From NCBI GenBank assembly GCA_964457085.1, contig CAYWDM010000001.1, forward strand, positions 178,914 to 242,913: 64,000 bases of DNA, read 5' to 3'. A model generated the notes under the pieces. That model saw only the letters and a list, made by a program, of their open reading frames with translations, had not been told where the DNA came from and ran no database searches. The translations under genes and the position numbers were made by a program. Source of the DNA: an uncultured Pseudomonadales bacterium (GTDB lineage: Bacteria; Patescibacteriota; Microgenomatia; UBA1400; PJMF01). This document shows positions 49,888-59,040 of the stretch, piece after piece (the stretch's first letter is position 1; the number at the start of each line of letters is the position of its first letter).

Positions 49888-51228
49888 TTGACCAAAAATC
49901 TCAAAGAAAAACAAATGACGAAAAAAAACTCTGATTTAAATTCAATTTCGCTAAGCAACGAACAACAACAACTTTTTGAAAAACTGGAAAACTCTCAGGA
50001 AAATATCTTCGTGACTGGTAAAGCAGGAACAGGAAAGTCTCTCTTACTGCAATATTTCAAAAAGCATTCAAAAAAGAAATTGGTGGTCGTTGCCCCAACT
50101 GGAGTTGCAGCGATAACTGTTGGTGGCCAAACTATTCACTCACTATTTCGTATCCCTCCGGCATTTATAGAAAAAGGGAGTGCTAAGCTGGATAAAAATG
50201 TTGCCAAGTTATTACAAAGTCTAGACACTGTGGTTATTGATGAGATCTCTATGGTGCGTGCCGATCTCATGGATGCAATTGATCACCTGCTACGTAAAGC
50301 ACGCAGCACTGATGTGCCATTTGGTGGAGTACAGATGGTGTTGTTTGGAGATCTTTTCCAATTGCCACCAGTTGTGAATGACCGTGAGCTGCAGCGTTAT
50401 TTTCTCGAAACCCATGGTGGTTTTTATTTTTTTAATGCTCATGTATGGCAAAAAGCAGAACTGGAAATTATTGAATTGTCACATATTTTTAGACAAAAAG
50501 ACAAATATTTTAAAGAGTTATTAAACATGATTCGAAAGGGTAGTATTGATTACATAATGCTCTCAGAACTGAACGAGCGTGCTAAAAGTCCTGCACCAGT
50601 AACTGGTTCAATCACCCTAGCAGCCACTAACTTTTCTGCTAATGAGATCAACGAAAATAAACTCGCTGCATTGCCAGGAAAGATATTCGAGTTCAAAGCT
50701 GCGATTACTGGCCAACTAGAACAATCAGCATTTCCCACTGAGCAGTTGCTGAGACTAAAGCAAGGCGCTCAAATCATGATGCTCAAAAACGATAAAGAAA
50801 GACGTTGGGGAAATGGCACACTGGGGACCATTCATTCAGTTTCACAAAAAACAGTTGAGGTGTTGATCAACGATATTATTTACACAGTTACTCCGGAAAC
50901 ATGGAGTAAAATTCGCTACTCCTACAACCTAGAGAAAAAACAAGTTGAAGAAGAGGTAACTAGTGCCTTCACACAACTGCCGATTCGATTGGCTTGGGGA
51001 ATCACCATTCACAAGTCACAGGGACAGACATATCAAAGCGTAATCATTGATATGGGCCGAGGTGCATTCACTCATGGCCAAACCTATGTTGCCCTCAGTC
51101 GCTGCACAACTTTAGAAAATCTCTACTTAAAACAACCCATTGGAAAAAAAGACATTATTGTTGATGAACAAGTTGTTTCCTTTATGGGCAAAGCAACTGT
51201 GCTGCACATTGAAGAACAAGTCATTTAA
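49888..51228 (+). CDS. PIF1/RecD-like SF1B DNA helicase
   Basis: It has the Walker A motif GKAGTGKS, the Walker B motif VVIDEISMV, and the PIF1 signature GDLFQLPPV. The C-terminal SH3-like/2B region contains GQTYQSV...ALSRCT. The start may be the ATG at 49915. Confidence 0.8.
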   Translation: MTKNLKEKQMTKKNSDLNSISLSNEQQQLFEKLENSQENIFVTGKAGTGKSLLLQYFKKHSKKKLVVVAPTGVAAITVGGQTIHSLFRIPPAFIEKGSAKLDKNVAKLLQSLDTVVIDEISMVRADLMDAIDHLLRKARSTDVPFGGVQMVLFGDLFQLPPVVNDRELQRYFLETHGGFYFFNAHVWQKAELEIIELSHIFRQKDKYFKELLNMIRKGSIDYIMLSELNERAKSPAPVTGSITLAATNFSANEINENKLAALPGKIFEFKAAITGQLEQSAFPTEQLLRLKQGAQIMMLKNDKERRWGNGTLGTIHSVSQKTVEVLINDIIYTVTPETWSKIRYSYNLEKKQVEEEVTSAFTQLPIRLAWGITIHKSQGQTYQSVIIDMGRGAFTHGQTYVALSRCTTLENLYLKQPIGKKDIIVDEQVVSFMGKATVLHIEEQVI

Positions 51229-51299
51229 ATAAAAAAGTGTAAACTTTGACACATCTCATTAGCATTCCCAGTTAGTTCTCGGCTGTTATAATCCCCATA

Positions 51300-51887
51300 A
51301 TGGAAAAAAGAACTGCTGGCAGAGTAGAATTTGTCCGTGCTCCTGAAAGTAACCCAATCGCATCCATGTCGGATGTTTCAACTAGACAGCTTACTGTTGA
51401 AAATAAATCTGATATCATTTCAAATACTGACTCAAACGACAAGATTGTAACCGCGGCTTTACTTTTTTTCTTAGCACTGAATGCGAGCTTAATAGCCCTA
51501 GATTTTTGGTCGCATCCAGATCAGGGAGTGGCAAATCTTGAAAGACGAAAGTTTTTAGTCGAAACATTTTCTCCATTTTTTAAATACATTGGAAATTATG
51601 GGATAAGTGCAGTTTTAGTGATCGTGGCAGGACTTACAAAAAATTTACTTGAAAATGTGAGTTCAAATAAAATTACCAAAAACATGATTAAACACGGTTA
51701 CTTATTAGCCGTAGCTGGAACTCTTGCGCTCAATGGATTAGCTGAAGATTTTTCCAGAAACAACGAGAAATTCGAGGATTTTTCAGTCGGTGCCTGGGCG
51801 ATACTAAACTCAGCTATTTTGGTTGAATTATTAGCTGCATACGCTCAACAAAAAAATGCAAAAGGTCAACAAGTTGACGTCGCATAA
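51300..51887 (+). CDS. Hypothetical membrane protein
   Basis: 195 aa with 3-4 hydrophobic helices. It overlaps a convergent gene by about 70 nt, so one of the two ends may be miscalled. Confidence 0.3.
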   Translation: MEKRTAGRVEFVRAPESNPIASMSDVSTRQLTVENKSDIISNTDSNDKIVTAALLFFLALNASLIALDFWSHPDQGVANLERRKFLVETFSPFFKYIGNYGISAVLVIVAGLTKNLLENVSSNKITKNMIKHGYLLAVAGTLALNGLAEDFSRNNEKFEDFSVGAWAILNSAILVELLAAYAQQKNAKGQQVDVA

Positions 51888-53652
51888 TAAATAATACTGT
51901 ACTGAACATACTGATCAGTCCGAGATAAAACAAGATTGGAAAGTAAAAGAAACTGACTGTATTACGACCTTGCTTTATTGGTGTACTAATCAAACCATTA
52001 TTAGTGATTGCCCTGTAGAAGTATTTGCCGTCATATACGAACCAGTAAGGACTAAAATTCTGATTAATAACCAGAATATCTTTACTACGAGAACTAAAAT
52101 CAAATTCAATTTTATTTACTGACCAATACTTTGGATATATTCTTCGTTTACTATTTTTTAAATAATGTTCACCAATATAATCACTCTCTGTTATGCATGA
52201 TGGGCTCGTAGTATAGTTTACTAATTCATAACAGCCTTCATTCACCCCGAGGTTTAAAACCACATTTACATATTCAGAGCTATACGATCCATAGTAATAT
52301 TCTTCACGAGTGCTTGCATTAATCCATCCTAGTTTGGCATACCTTTCTTTACTGCAAGTCTGTTTAAAGGTTGTGGGAGCTCGCGATAAATTTGGCATTG
52401 GAAAAAAAACATCATGCAGTAATACTTTTGTGTTGACTACAAGCAAGTCTGCTAGAATAATGAACAAAATTCCACCAACAATTACTTTCCTCATCAACTG
52501 TGATATCCGAGATTTTCTTAGAAATTTTTGCATCACCAAAAAACCATAACCAACAAAAAACGAAAAAATGAACATATAGAACCAATGGTATCTTTGAGCT
52601 ACTCTTATGTACTGCATAAGTGGTACCTTCTGAATAATTTGGTGAACACTGGGATACAAATTATCTCCAAAACTTGCAGCAAGAAATAGTAATAAAATAA
52701 ATACCAGGCTACGATATTTTCTTCCCTTTCTATATATCCCTATTAAAAAAAATACTACACATAAAATACCTACATACATGCCATTTTCATCAAGAAGGTA
52801 TGATCTGCCCTGACTAATCGTCATCTCCTCAGTTAACTGGTCAAACTTTTGAAACGTCTGAGCCCTGGAAAGTAAAGAATGCCAAAAGCTTTGTAATGAG
52901 TACCCTGACAAAAAATTTTGACCGGGAATAGTTGAGTGTAAGAAAACTGTCCTGATTGAGGGAAATAATTTTGGACCACTCAATAGTAGAAATAATACTA
53001 GCACCAGCAATGTGTATTTTGCTGCGGTTTGCAATTTCACCAAACCTAATGAAAAAAGTGCGTACATAGCTAGAAACAGTAATGTCATACCAACATAATG
53101 AAAGCCTGCAAAAAACTGCAGTGTCACGAAAATTGCAGTCAATAGAGCAAACTTAAAACTGCTCTCTCGAAAAGCCCTAGTAAAAAAAAGGAAAATATAT
53201 GGCAGGTAGCTCAGTGCCAAAAAGTTTGTCATGCCAGCCGCATAAGGCAACAAAAAATGTCCAGAAAATAAATATGAAATAGCCATCGCAAACGTCGCTT
53301 CAACAGTTAGTTTAAAATATCTGCCTAAAATAAAAAAACCATAAAAACCGATTAGTAATTTAATTCCAATTGCAACTTTATATCCGTCCATTGCTCCAAA
53401 CATTAAAATACAAACTGAATTTAATGAAAATATTTCATTTTCAGGAAAACCTATAAGTTCTGTACCACCGCAATGATATGGATTCCAAAATGGAAATTGA
53501 TTGAATTCTAAGATACTTTTTCTGATCACTTCGCCAAAAGCCAAATGCTGATCCCAATCCAGGTTTCCTGAATCAGAGGTAAAAAAAATCAAAAACAATG
53601 AAATAGTTACTGAAATTATACATGCGAAAATAAAATATAATAAAGAGTTCAT
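51814..53652 (-). CDS. Large polytopic membrane protein, GT-C/YfhO-like glycosyltransferase candidate
   Basis: 612 aa with about 14 TM helices. The first extracytoplasmic loop has acidic residues (DSGNLDWDQ). The protein family was not verified. Confidence 0.45.
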   Translation of the reverse strand: MNSLLYFIFACIISVTISLFLIFFTSDSGNLDWDQHLAFGEVIRKSILEFNQFPFWNPYHCGGTELIGFPENEIFSLNSVCILMFGAMDGYKVAIGIKLLIGFYGFFILGRYFKLTVEATFAMAISYLFSGHFLLPYAAGMTNFLALSYLPYIFLFFTRAFRESSFKFALLTAIFVTLQFFAGFHYVGMTLLFLAMYALFSLGLVKLQTAAKYTLLVLVLFLLLSGPKLFPSIRTVFLHSTIPGQNFLSGYSLQSFWHSLLSRAQTFQKFDQLTEEMTISQGRSYLLDENGMYVGILCVVFFLIGIYRKGRKYRSLVFILLLFLAASFGDNLYPSVHQIIQKVPLMQYIRVAQRYHWFYMFIFSFFVGYGFLVMQKFLRKSRISQLMRKVIVGGILFIILADLLVVNTKVLLHDVFFPMPNLSRAPTTFKQTCSKERYAKLGWINASTREEYYYGSYSSEYVNVVLNLGVNEGCYELVNYTTSPSCITESDYIGEHYLKNSKRRIYPKYWSVNKIEFDFSSRSKDILVINQNFSPYWFVYDGKYFYRAITNNGLISTPIKQGRNTVSFFYFPILFYLGLISMFSTVLFIMRRQLVDLLHFFVERMQLIIQPK

Positions 53653-54191
53653 TTTATTTGTCGATTCAACTCAGATTTATTAATTTCTGCATCAACATTT
53701 CTCACCACCTCGCTATTATTAATCCAACCAAAATCAAAAGACTTAAGCAGTACCGGTTCACGGTAGCCCATGAGTGTATATCTACCATCAAAGCCAAAAT
53801 ATAATTCTTGGTAACTGACCACCAAATCTCTGACGGAGCTATATATAGGTTGTCGACCTTTTAATCCTAGATATTTGCTCTGAGCGATTGAGCCGTAATA
53901 ACCGTTTTCTTTAAAAAGACACAAAATATGTTCCTCATCCCCACCGCGAGCTTCAAGTTTTATCAACGAAGGCTCATATCCAGCCACCAGCAAACAGGTT
54001 GCTGTCAATAACGCACCATTAAAACATTCTGCCTGTCCATCATGTAAGACTTCAGTGACACTTCGATCTTCACGATTGGGGTCATAGATAATTTCTTGAT
54101 CAATAAACAATTGGATCTCGTTTGGGGTATCCAATTTTGAAATTATTTCTGCGTTTGCTGCTGATAGAAGTTGTAAGCAATGGTGTGACAT
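53649..54191 (-). CDS. Hypothetical protein, possibly transglutaminase-like/papain-like cysteine peptidase fold
   Basis: The Cys in QAECFNGALL is followed by candidate His (DEEHIL) and Asp residues. It overlaps the downstream membrane protein gene by 4 nt. Confidence 0.3.
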   Translation of the reverse strand: MSHHCLQLLSAANAEIISKLDTPNEIQLFIDQEIIYDPNREDRSVTEVLHDGQAECFNGALLTATCLLVAGYEPSLIKLEARGGDEEHILCLFKENGYYGSIAQSKYLGLKGRQPIYSSVRDLVVSYQELYFGFDGRYTLMGYREPVLLKSFDFGWINNSEVVRNVDAEINKSELNRQIK

Positions 54192-54218
54192 CTTGAAAAG
54201 AATTATATACTGCAGTTA

Positions 54219-54440
54219 ATGAAAATTACTGCCATTGTCCATCCGAACTCCAAACGACCTCATATCGAAACAATGACTGATGGAGTACTCCAAGTGTATC
54301 TTAAATCTCCAGCAATAGAGAACAAAGCCAACGTTGAATTAATCACAGCCATCGCCAAGCATTTGCACGTTCACAAATCAGCAGTGATTATGCTTCAAGG
54401 TTCAAAGTCAAAACAGAAACTGATAGAAGTACTGGTTTAA
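54219..54440 (+). CDS. DUF167 (YggU/UPF0235) family protein
   Basis: 73 aa. It matches the pattern KI.V.V.PN..R..I.......L.V.L..P..ENKAN.ELI..IAK.L.V.KS.V....G..S..K. Confidence 0.55.
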   Translation: MKITAIVHPNSKRPHIETMTDGVLQVYLKSPAIENKANVELITAIAKHLHVHKSAVIMLQGSKSKQKLIEVLV

Positions 54441-55624
54441 GTTTGTGGTGCCAAATACTTCACTAATACTTGTTTCAAGCTATTTAAGTCATTCAAGTAC
54501 GCAAATTCATTAGAGCTGTGCATTCCAGTATCTCCACGAGCAACTCCAATTCCAAAATGAGGAAGTTCTAATTCCTTGCACCACTGAGCAGCATGAGTTG
54601 AGCCCAAAACACCATATACGCCACTTTCACCAGTCAGTTCGAAATACAACCCATTTAACAAATCAACTTCTGGATGTGTAGTAGCGTATGATTCACAAAA
54701 TGACTTTTCAGTTAATTTAATTTGTATTTTTTCTTTTTTACAAAAATCCTCCAGCCTTGCCTTAATACCCATAACTTCTGTAGCCACATCTGACTCAGGA
54801 ATAAATCTGAAATCTACGATAAAACTGCAATTGTCTGGAACTACGTTAGCTGCGACGCCCCCATGAATTTGATTAATATTCGCCCGCGAACAAATATGGT
54901 CGACGCCTGTCCCGGGAAAAGATTTGAATTGGGATGCTTGAGATTCTAATCTTGGTTTTTCGGTTTTCTTCAGAAAATCAATAATACTTGCAGCTTGTTC
55001 CACTGCATTCACGCCCATGTGACTGACTCCGGAATGCACCGACTTACCTTCGACTATAATTTCCAACTGATACAAACCAAGTGTTGCGACAGAAACCCCA
55101 CCCGCCATAGTGTCTGGGTCGAAAACTAGAGTATTCTTTGGTAAATGTAGTTTTTTTGCTAAAAATCTCAGCTGCTCCAGTTGTCCAGTCTCTTCATCGG
55201 TAGTTGCAATAAAAACAACATTAAACCGCAACTGTGTGGATTGCAGTTGTTCCAATGCAGCCAACACTGCCACCGTCGAACCTTTGTGGTCACAAGCTCC
55301 GCGGGCAAATATTTTTCCATCTTTTATAGTTGGGACAAAAGCATTTTTATATGTAGCTGGCACTACGTCGATATGGTTATAGATCAACAAGGTTGGCAAC
55401 TTGTTTGAGGTGAACCGACGTGCAATTAAATGCTGTCGATTCTGGCCACCGGCCACCGACACTGGAATATCTACAACTTCAGTCTCAAAACCAATCTGAA
55501 GTAGAAACAACTTCAATAACGACACTGCGTGCGGATAATTATGTCCATCCGCAGCTGAAGTATCTAGGCTGAGATACTCTATGAGCAATTTTTCTAATCG
55601 AGTTGATAACTGCAGGTTGTGCAT
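54437..55624 (-). CDS. M20-family metallopeptidase (ArgE/DapE-like deacylase)
   Basis: It contains YNHIDVVPA and GACDHKG metal-ligand motifs, plus a dimerisation insert. Confidence 0.8.
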   Translation of the reverse strand: MHNLQLSTRLEKLLIEYLSLDTSAADGHNYPHAVSLLKLFLLQIGFETEVVDIPVSVAGGQNRQHLIARRFTSNKLPTLLIYNHIDVVPATYKNAFVPTIKDGKIFARGACDHKGSTVAVLAALEQLQSTQLRFNVVFIATTDEETGQLEQLRFLAKKLHLPKNTLVFDPDTMAGGVSVATLGLYQLEIIVEGKSVHSGVSHMGVNAVEQAASIIDFLKKTEKPRLESQASQFKSFPGTGVDHICSRANINQIHGGVAANVVPDNCSFIVDFRFIPESDVATEVMGIKARLEDFCKKEKIQIKLTEKSFCESYATTHPEVDLLNGLYFELTGESGVYGVLGSTHAAQWCKELELPHFGIGVARGDTGMHSSNEFAYLNDLNSLKQVLVKYLAPQT

Positions 55625-55722
55625 AACACTATTTTACGCCACCTAAACCAAACTCGTTCTCACGAATTTCTCAATGTGAATCCATACACTAAGCACAGTA
55701 GTAATTAAACAGAAAGGATTTT

Positions 55723-56262
55723 ATGAAAAAGTCTCTTTTATTACCTATCATCGCATTGGTGATTGGTGCCAGCAGTTTTTATGCAGTTTCGCAAGTCAGT
55801 GCCACTGGCCAAACAAATTGGCACAGCACACTTATTAAATGACTTGCCACTACCTTCGGCAAAAATGAAACTGAAGTAGAAGCTGTCTTTGAGCAAGTTC
55901 AGAACGATCAAAAGACTGAAATGACCGCAAACTTTTCAACTAGACTTGATGAGTTAGTCACTGCCGGAAAAATTACTGCAGAGCAAAAACAGCTAATCAT
56001 CAACAAACAAGCTGAGCTGCAAAAACAGCGAGAAACCAATCGCGATCAATCTACAGGTAAAACTGATGCTGAACGTAAAACCGCGATGGAAACTGAGCGA
56101 GCTGAACTCGAAGCTTGGGCCAAAACAAATAATATAGACCTCACCGTTGTTGGCATGGAATTTGGAGGCCGAGGAGGTAAAGGCATGAGAGGTGAGGGCA
56201 AAGGTCAATTTCCTATGGGCGGTGGCCCAGGTGGAGAAATGCCTGATAACCAAAAAAATTAA
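55723..56262 (+). pseudogene. Secreted Gly-rich protein gene interrupted by an in-frame TGA (or two separate ORFs, a 39-aa signal peptide and a 113-aa protein)
   Basis: The ATG at 55723 encodes MKKSLLLPIIALVIGASSFYAVSQVSATGQ..., a classic signal peptide, up to the TGA at 55840-55842. The reading frame stays open in the same frame across 78 nt to the ATG at 55921 of the 113-aa track ORF. Confidence 0.35.
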
Positions 56263-56352
56263 CCATAAGATACCTACCGCTGGACTAGCCTAAAGTATCA
56301 AAACTCCGAGCCATCGCTCGGAGTTTTTGGGTCGGTGCTACATCACAACTTT

Positions 56353-56658
56353 TTAAAATGGCATCTCATTGGTGTCATCATCATCTTCATCGTCACTGGA
56401 ATCATCCAGAGAGCTTGGTTCTTCAGTTTTGGTCAGCCGATCATCAGCTTGAAACTCTGCTTGAATTTCTTTGATCTCGTTTTCCATTACTGCCAACTTT
56501 CCTTTTACCAATTTAGCCAACTCCAAACCTCGCTTAAACTTTGGCATGCTTTCTTCTAAATCAAGCTCTTCATTTTCAAATGCACTCACAATTTTTTCCA
56601 ATTCTGAAAATGCAGCACTTATTTTTAATTCGTCGGTTGGTTTTTTAGAGGTCGTCAT
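56353..56658 (-). CDS. xseB: Exodeoxyribonuclease VII small subunit with an acidic C-terminal tail
   Basis: The FSELEKIVSAFENEELDLEESMPKFKRGLELAK motif is present. It overlaps xseA by 4 nt. Confidence 0.8.
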   Translation of the reverse strand: MTTSKKPTDELKISAAFSELEKIVSAFENEELDLEESMPKFKRGLELAKLVKGKLAVMENEIKEIQAEFQADDRLTKTEEPSSLDDSSDDEDDDDTNEMPF

Positions 56659-57959
56659 GCTTGCCTTTCTGTGGCTGATTTATTTGAGCTCGGTGAAACG
56701 CTGATCACCGAGCTAGTAATTGATCCTTGATGCAGATTTGTAATTAGTGATTCACCAGCCAATAGTTCGTTGAGGTTACGAATTACTTTACCGTTTTTTG
56801 TGGTGGTAATGCTGTAGCCACGAGCTAAAACTTTTTGATAATCTAGTGATTCGAGCAAGCGCAGTAAACTCTGTAATTTTTCTTGCTGAGCATGAACTTG
56901 ATTGTTGGCAGCCAGCTGTAATCGACTAAAGTGATAACTGCTAGTGCGTTTGAGCGATGATAACCGTTCACCAACACTACCAATCTGTTGTGTTAATCTT
57001 CGATATAAGACTTCCACACGATGGATGCTGGGCAACAAACAACTGCTTAAGCTACGTGCATATTCAGCTACTAATTGTTGATTGTCATTCAATCGATTTG
57101 TCAAAGTGTGAATCAATGTCTGTTCAAGATTGCGCAGTCTGGCAGCCAATTCAACTCGACTCGGCACTAATAATTCCGCAGCATTGGATGGGGTAGAGGC
57201 TCGCAGATCTGCCACAAAGTCAGTTAAGGCTACATCTTCCTCATGGCCTATAGCACTGACCACCGGGATTTTACTACTGAAAATCGCTCTCGCAACTTGT
57301 TCGTCATTAAAACTGAGTAGATCTTCCAGTGATCCACCACCTCGCGTTAACACCAACACTTCTGGAGGTTTTACTAAATTATTAAAGTAACTCAACGCTT
57401 GCAACACACTCGCTACAGATTCTCGACCCTGCACTTGCACTGGATAAAACTCAATCGTTAAACCACCTAAGCGTTCACCAATCACTTTCAAAAAATCACT
57501 ATACGCTCGAGCTCCTTTAGCGGTAATTAACCCAATTCGAGTCGGCAAATAGGGAATCGGTCGTTTACGTGCTGGGTCAAACAATCCTTCTGTTGAAAGC
57601 TTAGCCTTCAACCGCTCATAAGCCATACGCAACGCACCCTCACCAGCAGGGACTATCCTGTATGCATTCAAACTAAATCTGCCCGTTTTCTCATACAATC
57701 CTGCTTTGCCATACACCTGCACTTTCATGCCCTCAGCAAGTGCTGAGGCCGACGTAATTCGAAACACTGGTGCAAACACACTTACTGCAGCACCAGCATC
57801 TTTGAGTGTTAAAAACAGCCACTTCCCCTGACTAATCTGCATCTGGCTAATCTCACCCTCAACAATAAACTCTCCAAGGTCTGCCAAACTAGTACTAATT
57901 AATTTAGCAAAAACACTGACCGGCAACACTTGTGGGGTATCAAACAACAGTTCACTCAT
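56655..57959 (-). CDS. xseA: Exodeoxyribonuclease VII large subunit
   Basis: 434 aa. An N-terminal OB fold (VEGEISQMQISQGKWLFLTLKD) is followed by a catalytic domain and a C-terminal coiled coil. Confidence 0.9.
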   Translation of the reverse strand: MSELLFDTPQVLPVSVFAKLISTSLADLGEFIVEGEISQMQISQGKWLFLTLKDAGAAVSVFAPVFRITSASALAEGMKVQVYGKAGLYEKTGRFSLNAYRIVPAGEGALRMAYERLKAKLSTEGLFDPARKRPIPYLPTRIGLITAKGARAYSDFLKVIGERLGGLTIEFYPVQVQGRESVASVLQALSYFNNLVKPPEVLVLTRGGGSLEDLLSFNDEQVARAIFSSKIPVVSAIGHEEDVALTDFVADLRASTPSNAAELLVPSRVELAARLRNLEQTLIHTLTNRLNDNQQLVAEYARSLSSCLLPSIHRVEVLYRRLTQQIGSVGERLSSLKRTSSYHFSRLQLAANNQVHAQQEKLQSLLRLLESLDYQKVLARGYSITTTKNGKVIRNLNELLAGESLITNLHQGSITSSVISVSPSSNKSATERQA

Positions 57960-58032
57960 GTGGGCTTTAGCATATCATTTGACACTGCTACATCCGACGG
58001 GGAAAATTGTTAAATTGTGTTTCTTGATTTCC

Positions 58033-58074
58033 CGATCTGCCACTTGCAATTGCACCGGTCTGATCGGGTATAAT
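58033..58074 (+). promoter_or_regulatory. Candidate promoter for tRNA-Cys (TTGCAA ... GTATAAT)
   Basis: TATAAT at 58069-58074 lies about 25 nt upstream of the tRNA. TTGCAA lies 19 nt upstream of the -10, which is a slightly long spacer. Confidence 0.35.
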
Positions 58075-58099
58075 CAGCGTCGTGCTTCATGCACAAAAT

Positions 58100-58174
58100 G
58101 GCGCGGTACCAGAGTGGCCTAATGGCGAGGTCTGCAAAACCTTCGATTCGTGGGTTCAAATCCCACCCGCGCCT
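58100..58174 (+). tRNA. tRNA-Cys (anticodon GCA); CCA not encoded
   Basis: GGCGCGGTACCAGAGTGGCCTAATGGCGAGGTCTGCAAAACCTTCGATTCGTGGGTTCAAATCCCACCCGCGCCT. The anticodon loop is CTGCAAA and the discriminator is U73, as is typical of tRNA-Cys. Confidence 0.85.
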
Positions 58175-58177
58175 CAT

Positions 58178-58218
58178 AAAACAAAATAGCCCACAGAATG
58201 TGGGTTATTTTGTTTTAT
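58178..58218 (+). terminator. Rho-independent terminator after tRNA-Cys
   Basis: Sequence aaaacaaaatagcccac agaa tgtgggttattttgtttt. Confidence 0.6.
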
Positions 58219-58355
58219 AAAGGATGTGGGATGTCTAGTGCCCGCCAAGTGACAGAACTCACATGGCAAACACTCTTGGGGTGTGCCCAATCAAGCGAAA
58301 ACTAATATTCAATTAAAATCATGAGCGTGAATAGGTGAATCCCACCCGCCAAATT

Positions 58356-59036
58356 CTATCCACTCATCCTAGAGTGTCCCAAGAACATCTGTTTTACTTC
58401 TGTAAACATGCCGTTATCACCTTTGATAAAATATTCAGCTGTTTTGTAAATCTTTACTCCAGTCTTAGCAACAGTTGGTGCCACAAATCCGATCATTGAA
58501 ATTAAACCGATGAGACGGTGAATAATTAACGCAATCATGGCAATCTGCCCAAGCAATGTATCGGGATTTGTTCCAAAAGCAAACTCACTGCACCCAGTCA
58601 GAAAACCTTGGGCTCCAACACAACTCGTCAACTCTAAAAAAGTTGCTTGCATGTTTGCGTTTGATGCACGCAGCAACAACCAAATCTTCCATTTCAATTC
58701 AGTACTCATTTTTTCATCAATGAGCAGTTTTTCATTGATTTTGCTCGAAGCATCACCATGGATAACACCAAATAAAGTACTTAAAACAAGCTGCACCGAT
58801 TCTTGTGGCCCGCTTACCAAGTAGTTCATTACTGTTGCAGTAGATGCATCAGTAAGTACAGTAAGCACTCGAGCAACTGCAACCTCAGTGGTAGAAAGCG
58901 ATACCTCTAGATTTTCGTGGTGGTTGCCATGATCATCAATAGTGATAGTTTTTACTTCGCGCACAATACCACTATAGCGGAACCCAACAACATTACCAAG
59001 GCTTTTTTGGTACAATTGCAGCCACGAATCAACCAA
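58356..59036 (-). CDS. Hypothetical protein
   Basis: 226-aa ORF with a hydrophobic C-terminal segment and no recognisable motif. Confidence 0.35.
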   Translation of the reverse strand: MVDSWLQLYQKSLGNVVGFRYSGIVREVKTITIDDHGNHHENLEVSLSTTEVAVARVLTVLTDASTATVMNYLVSGPQESVQLVLSTLFGVIHGDASSKINEKLLIDEKMSTELKWKIWLLLRASNANMQATFLELTSCVGAQGFLTGCSEFAFGTNPDTLLGQIAMIALIIHRLIGLISMIGFVAPTVAKTGVKIYKTAEYFIKGDNGMFTEVKQMFLGHSRMSG

Positions 59037-59040
59037 AATA

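Noticed and set aside
49782-49934. A 50-aa single-TM ORF (MGLLSLLLLAGGVYVFSRYKNKKK...) just upstream of the PIF1 helicase and overlapping its start.
   Set aside because: It is short and AT/Lys-rich, with no clear RBS. It overlaps the more likely helicase start. It cannot be supported from sequence alone.
55840-55842. The in-frame TGA could indicate an alternative genetic code (code 4 or code 25, as in some CPR lineages).
   Set aside because: Many long housekeeping ORFs in this window (secA, lysS, atpA, atpD, pyrG, eno) are uninterrupted under the standard code. Several genes end cleanly at TGA immediately before the next gene's RBS. A genome-wide TGA reassignment is therefore very unlikely.
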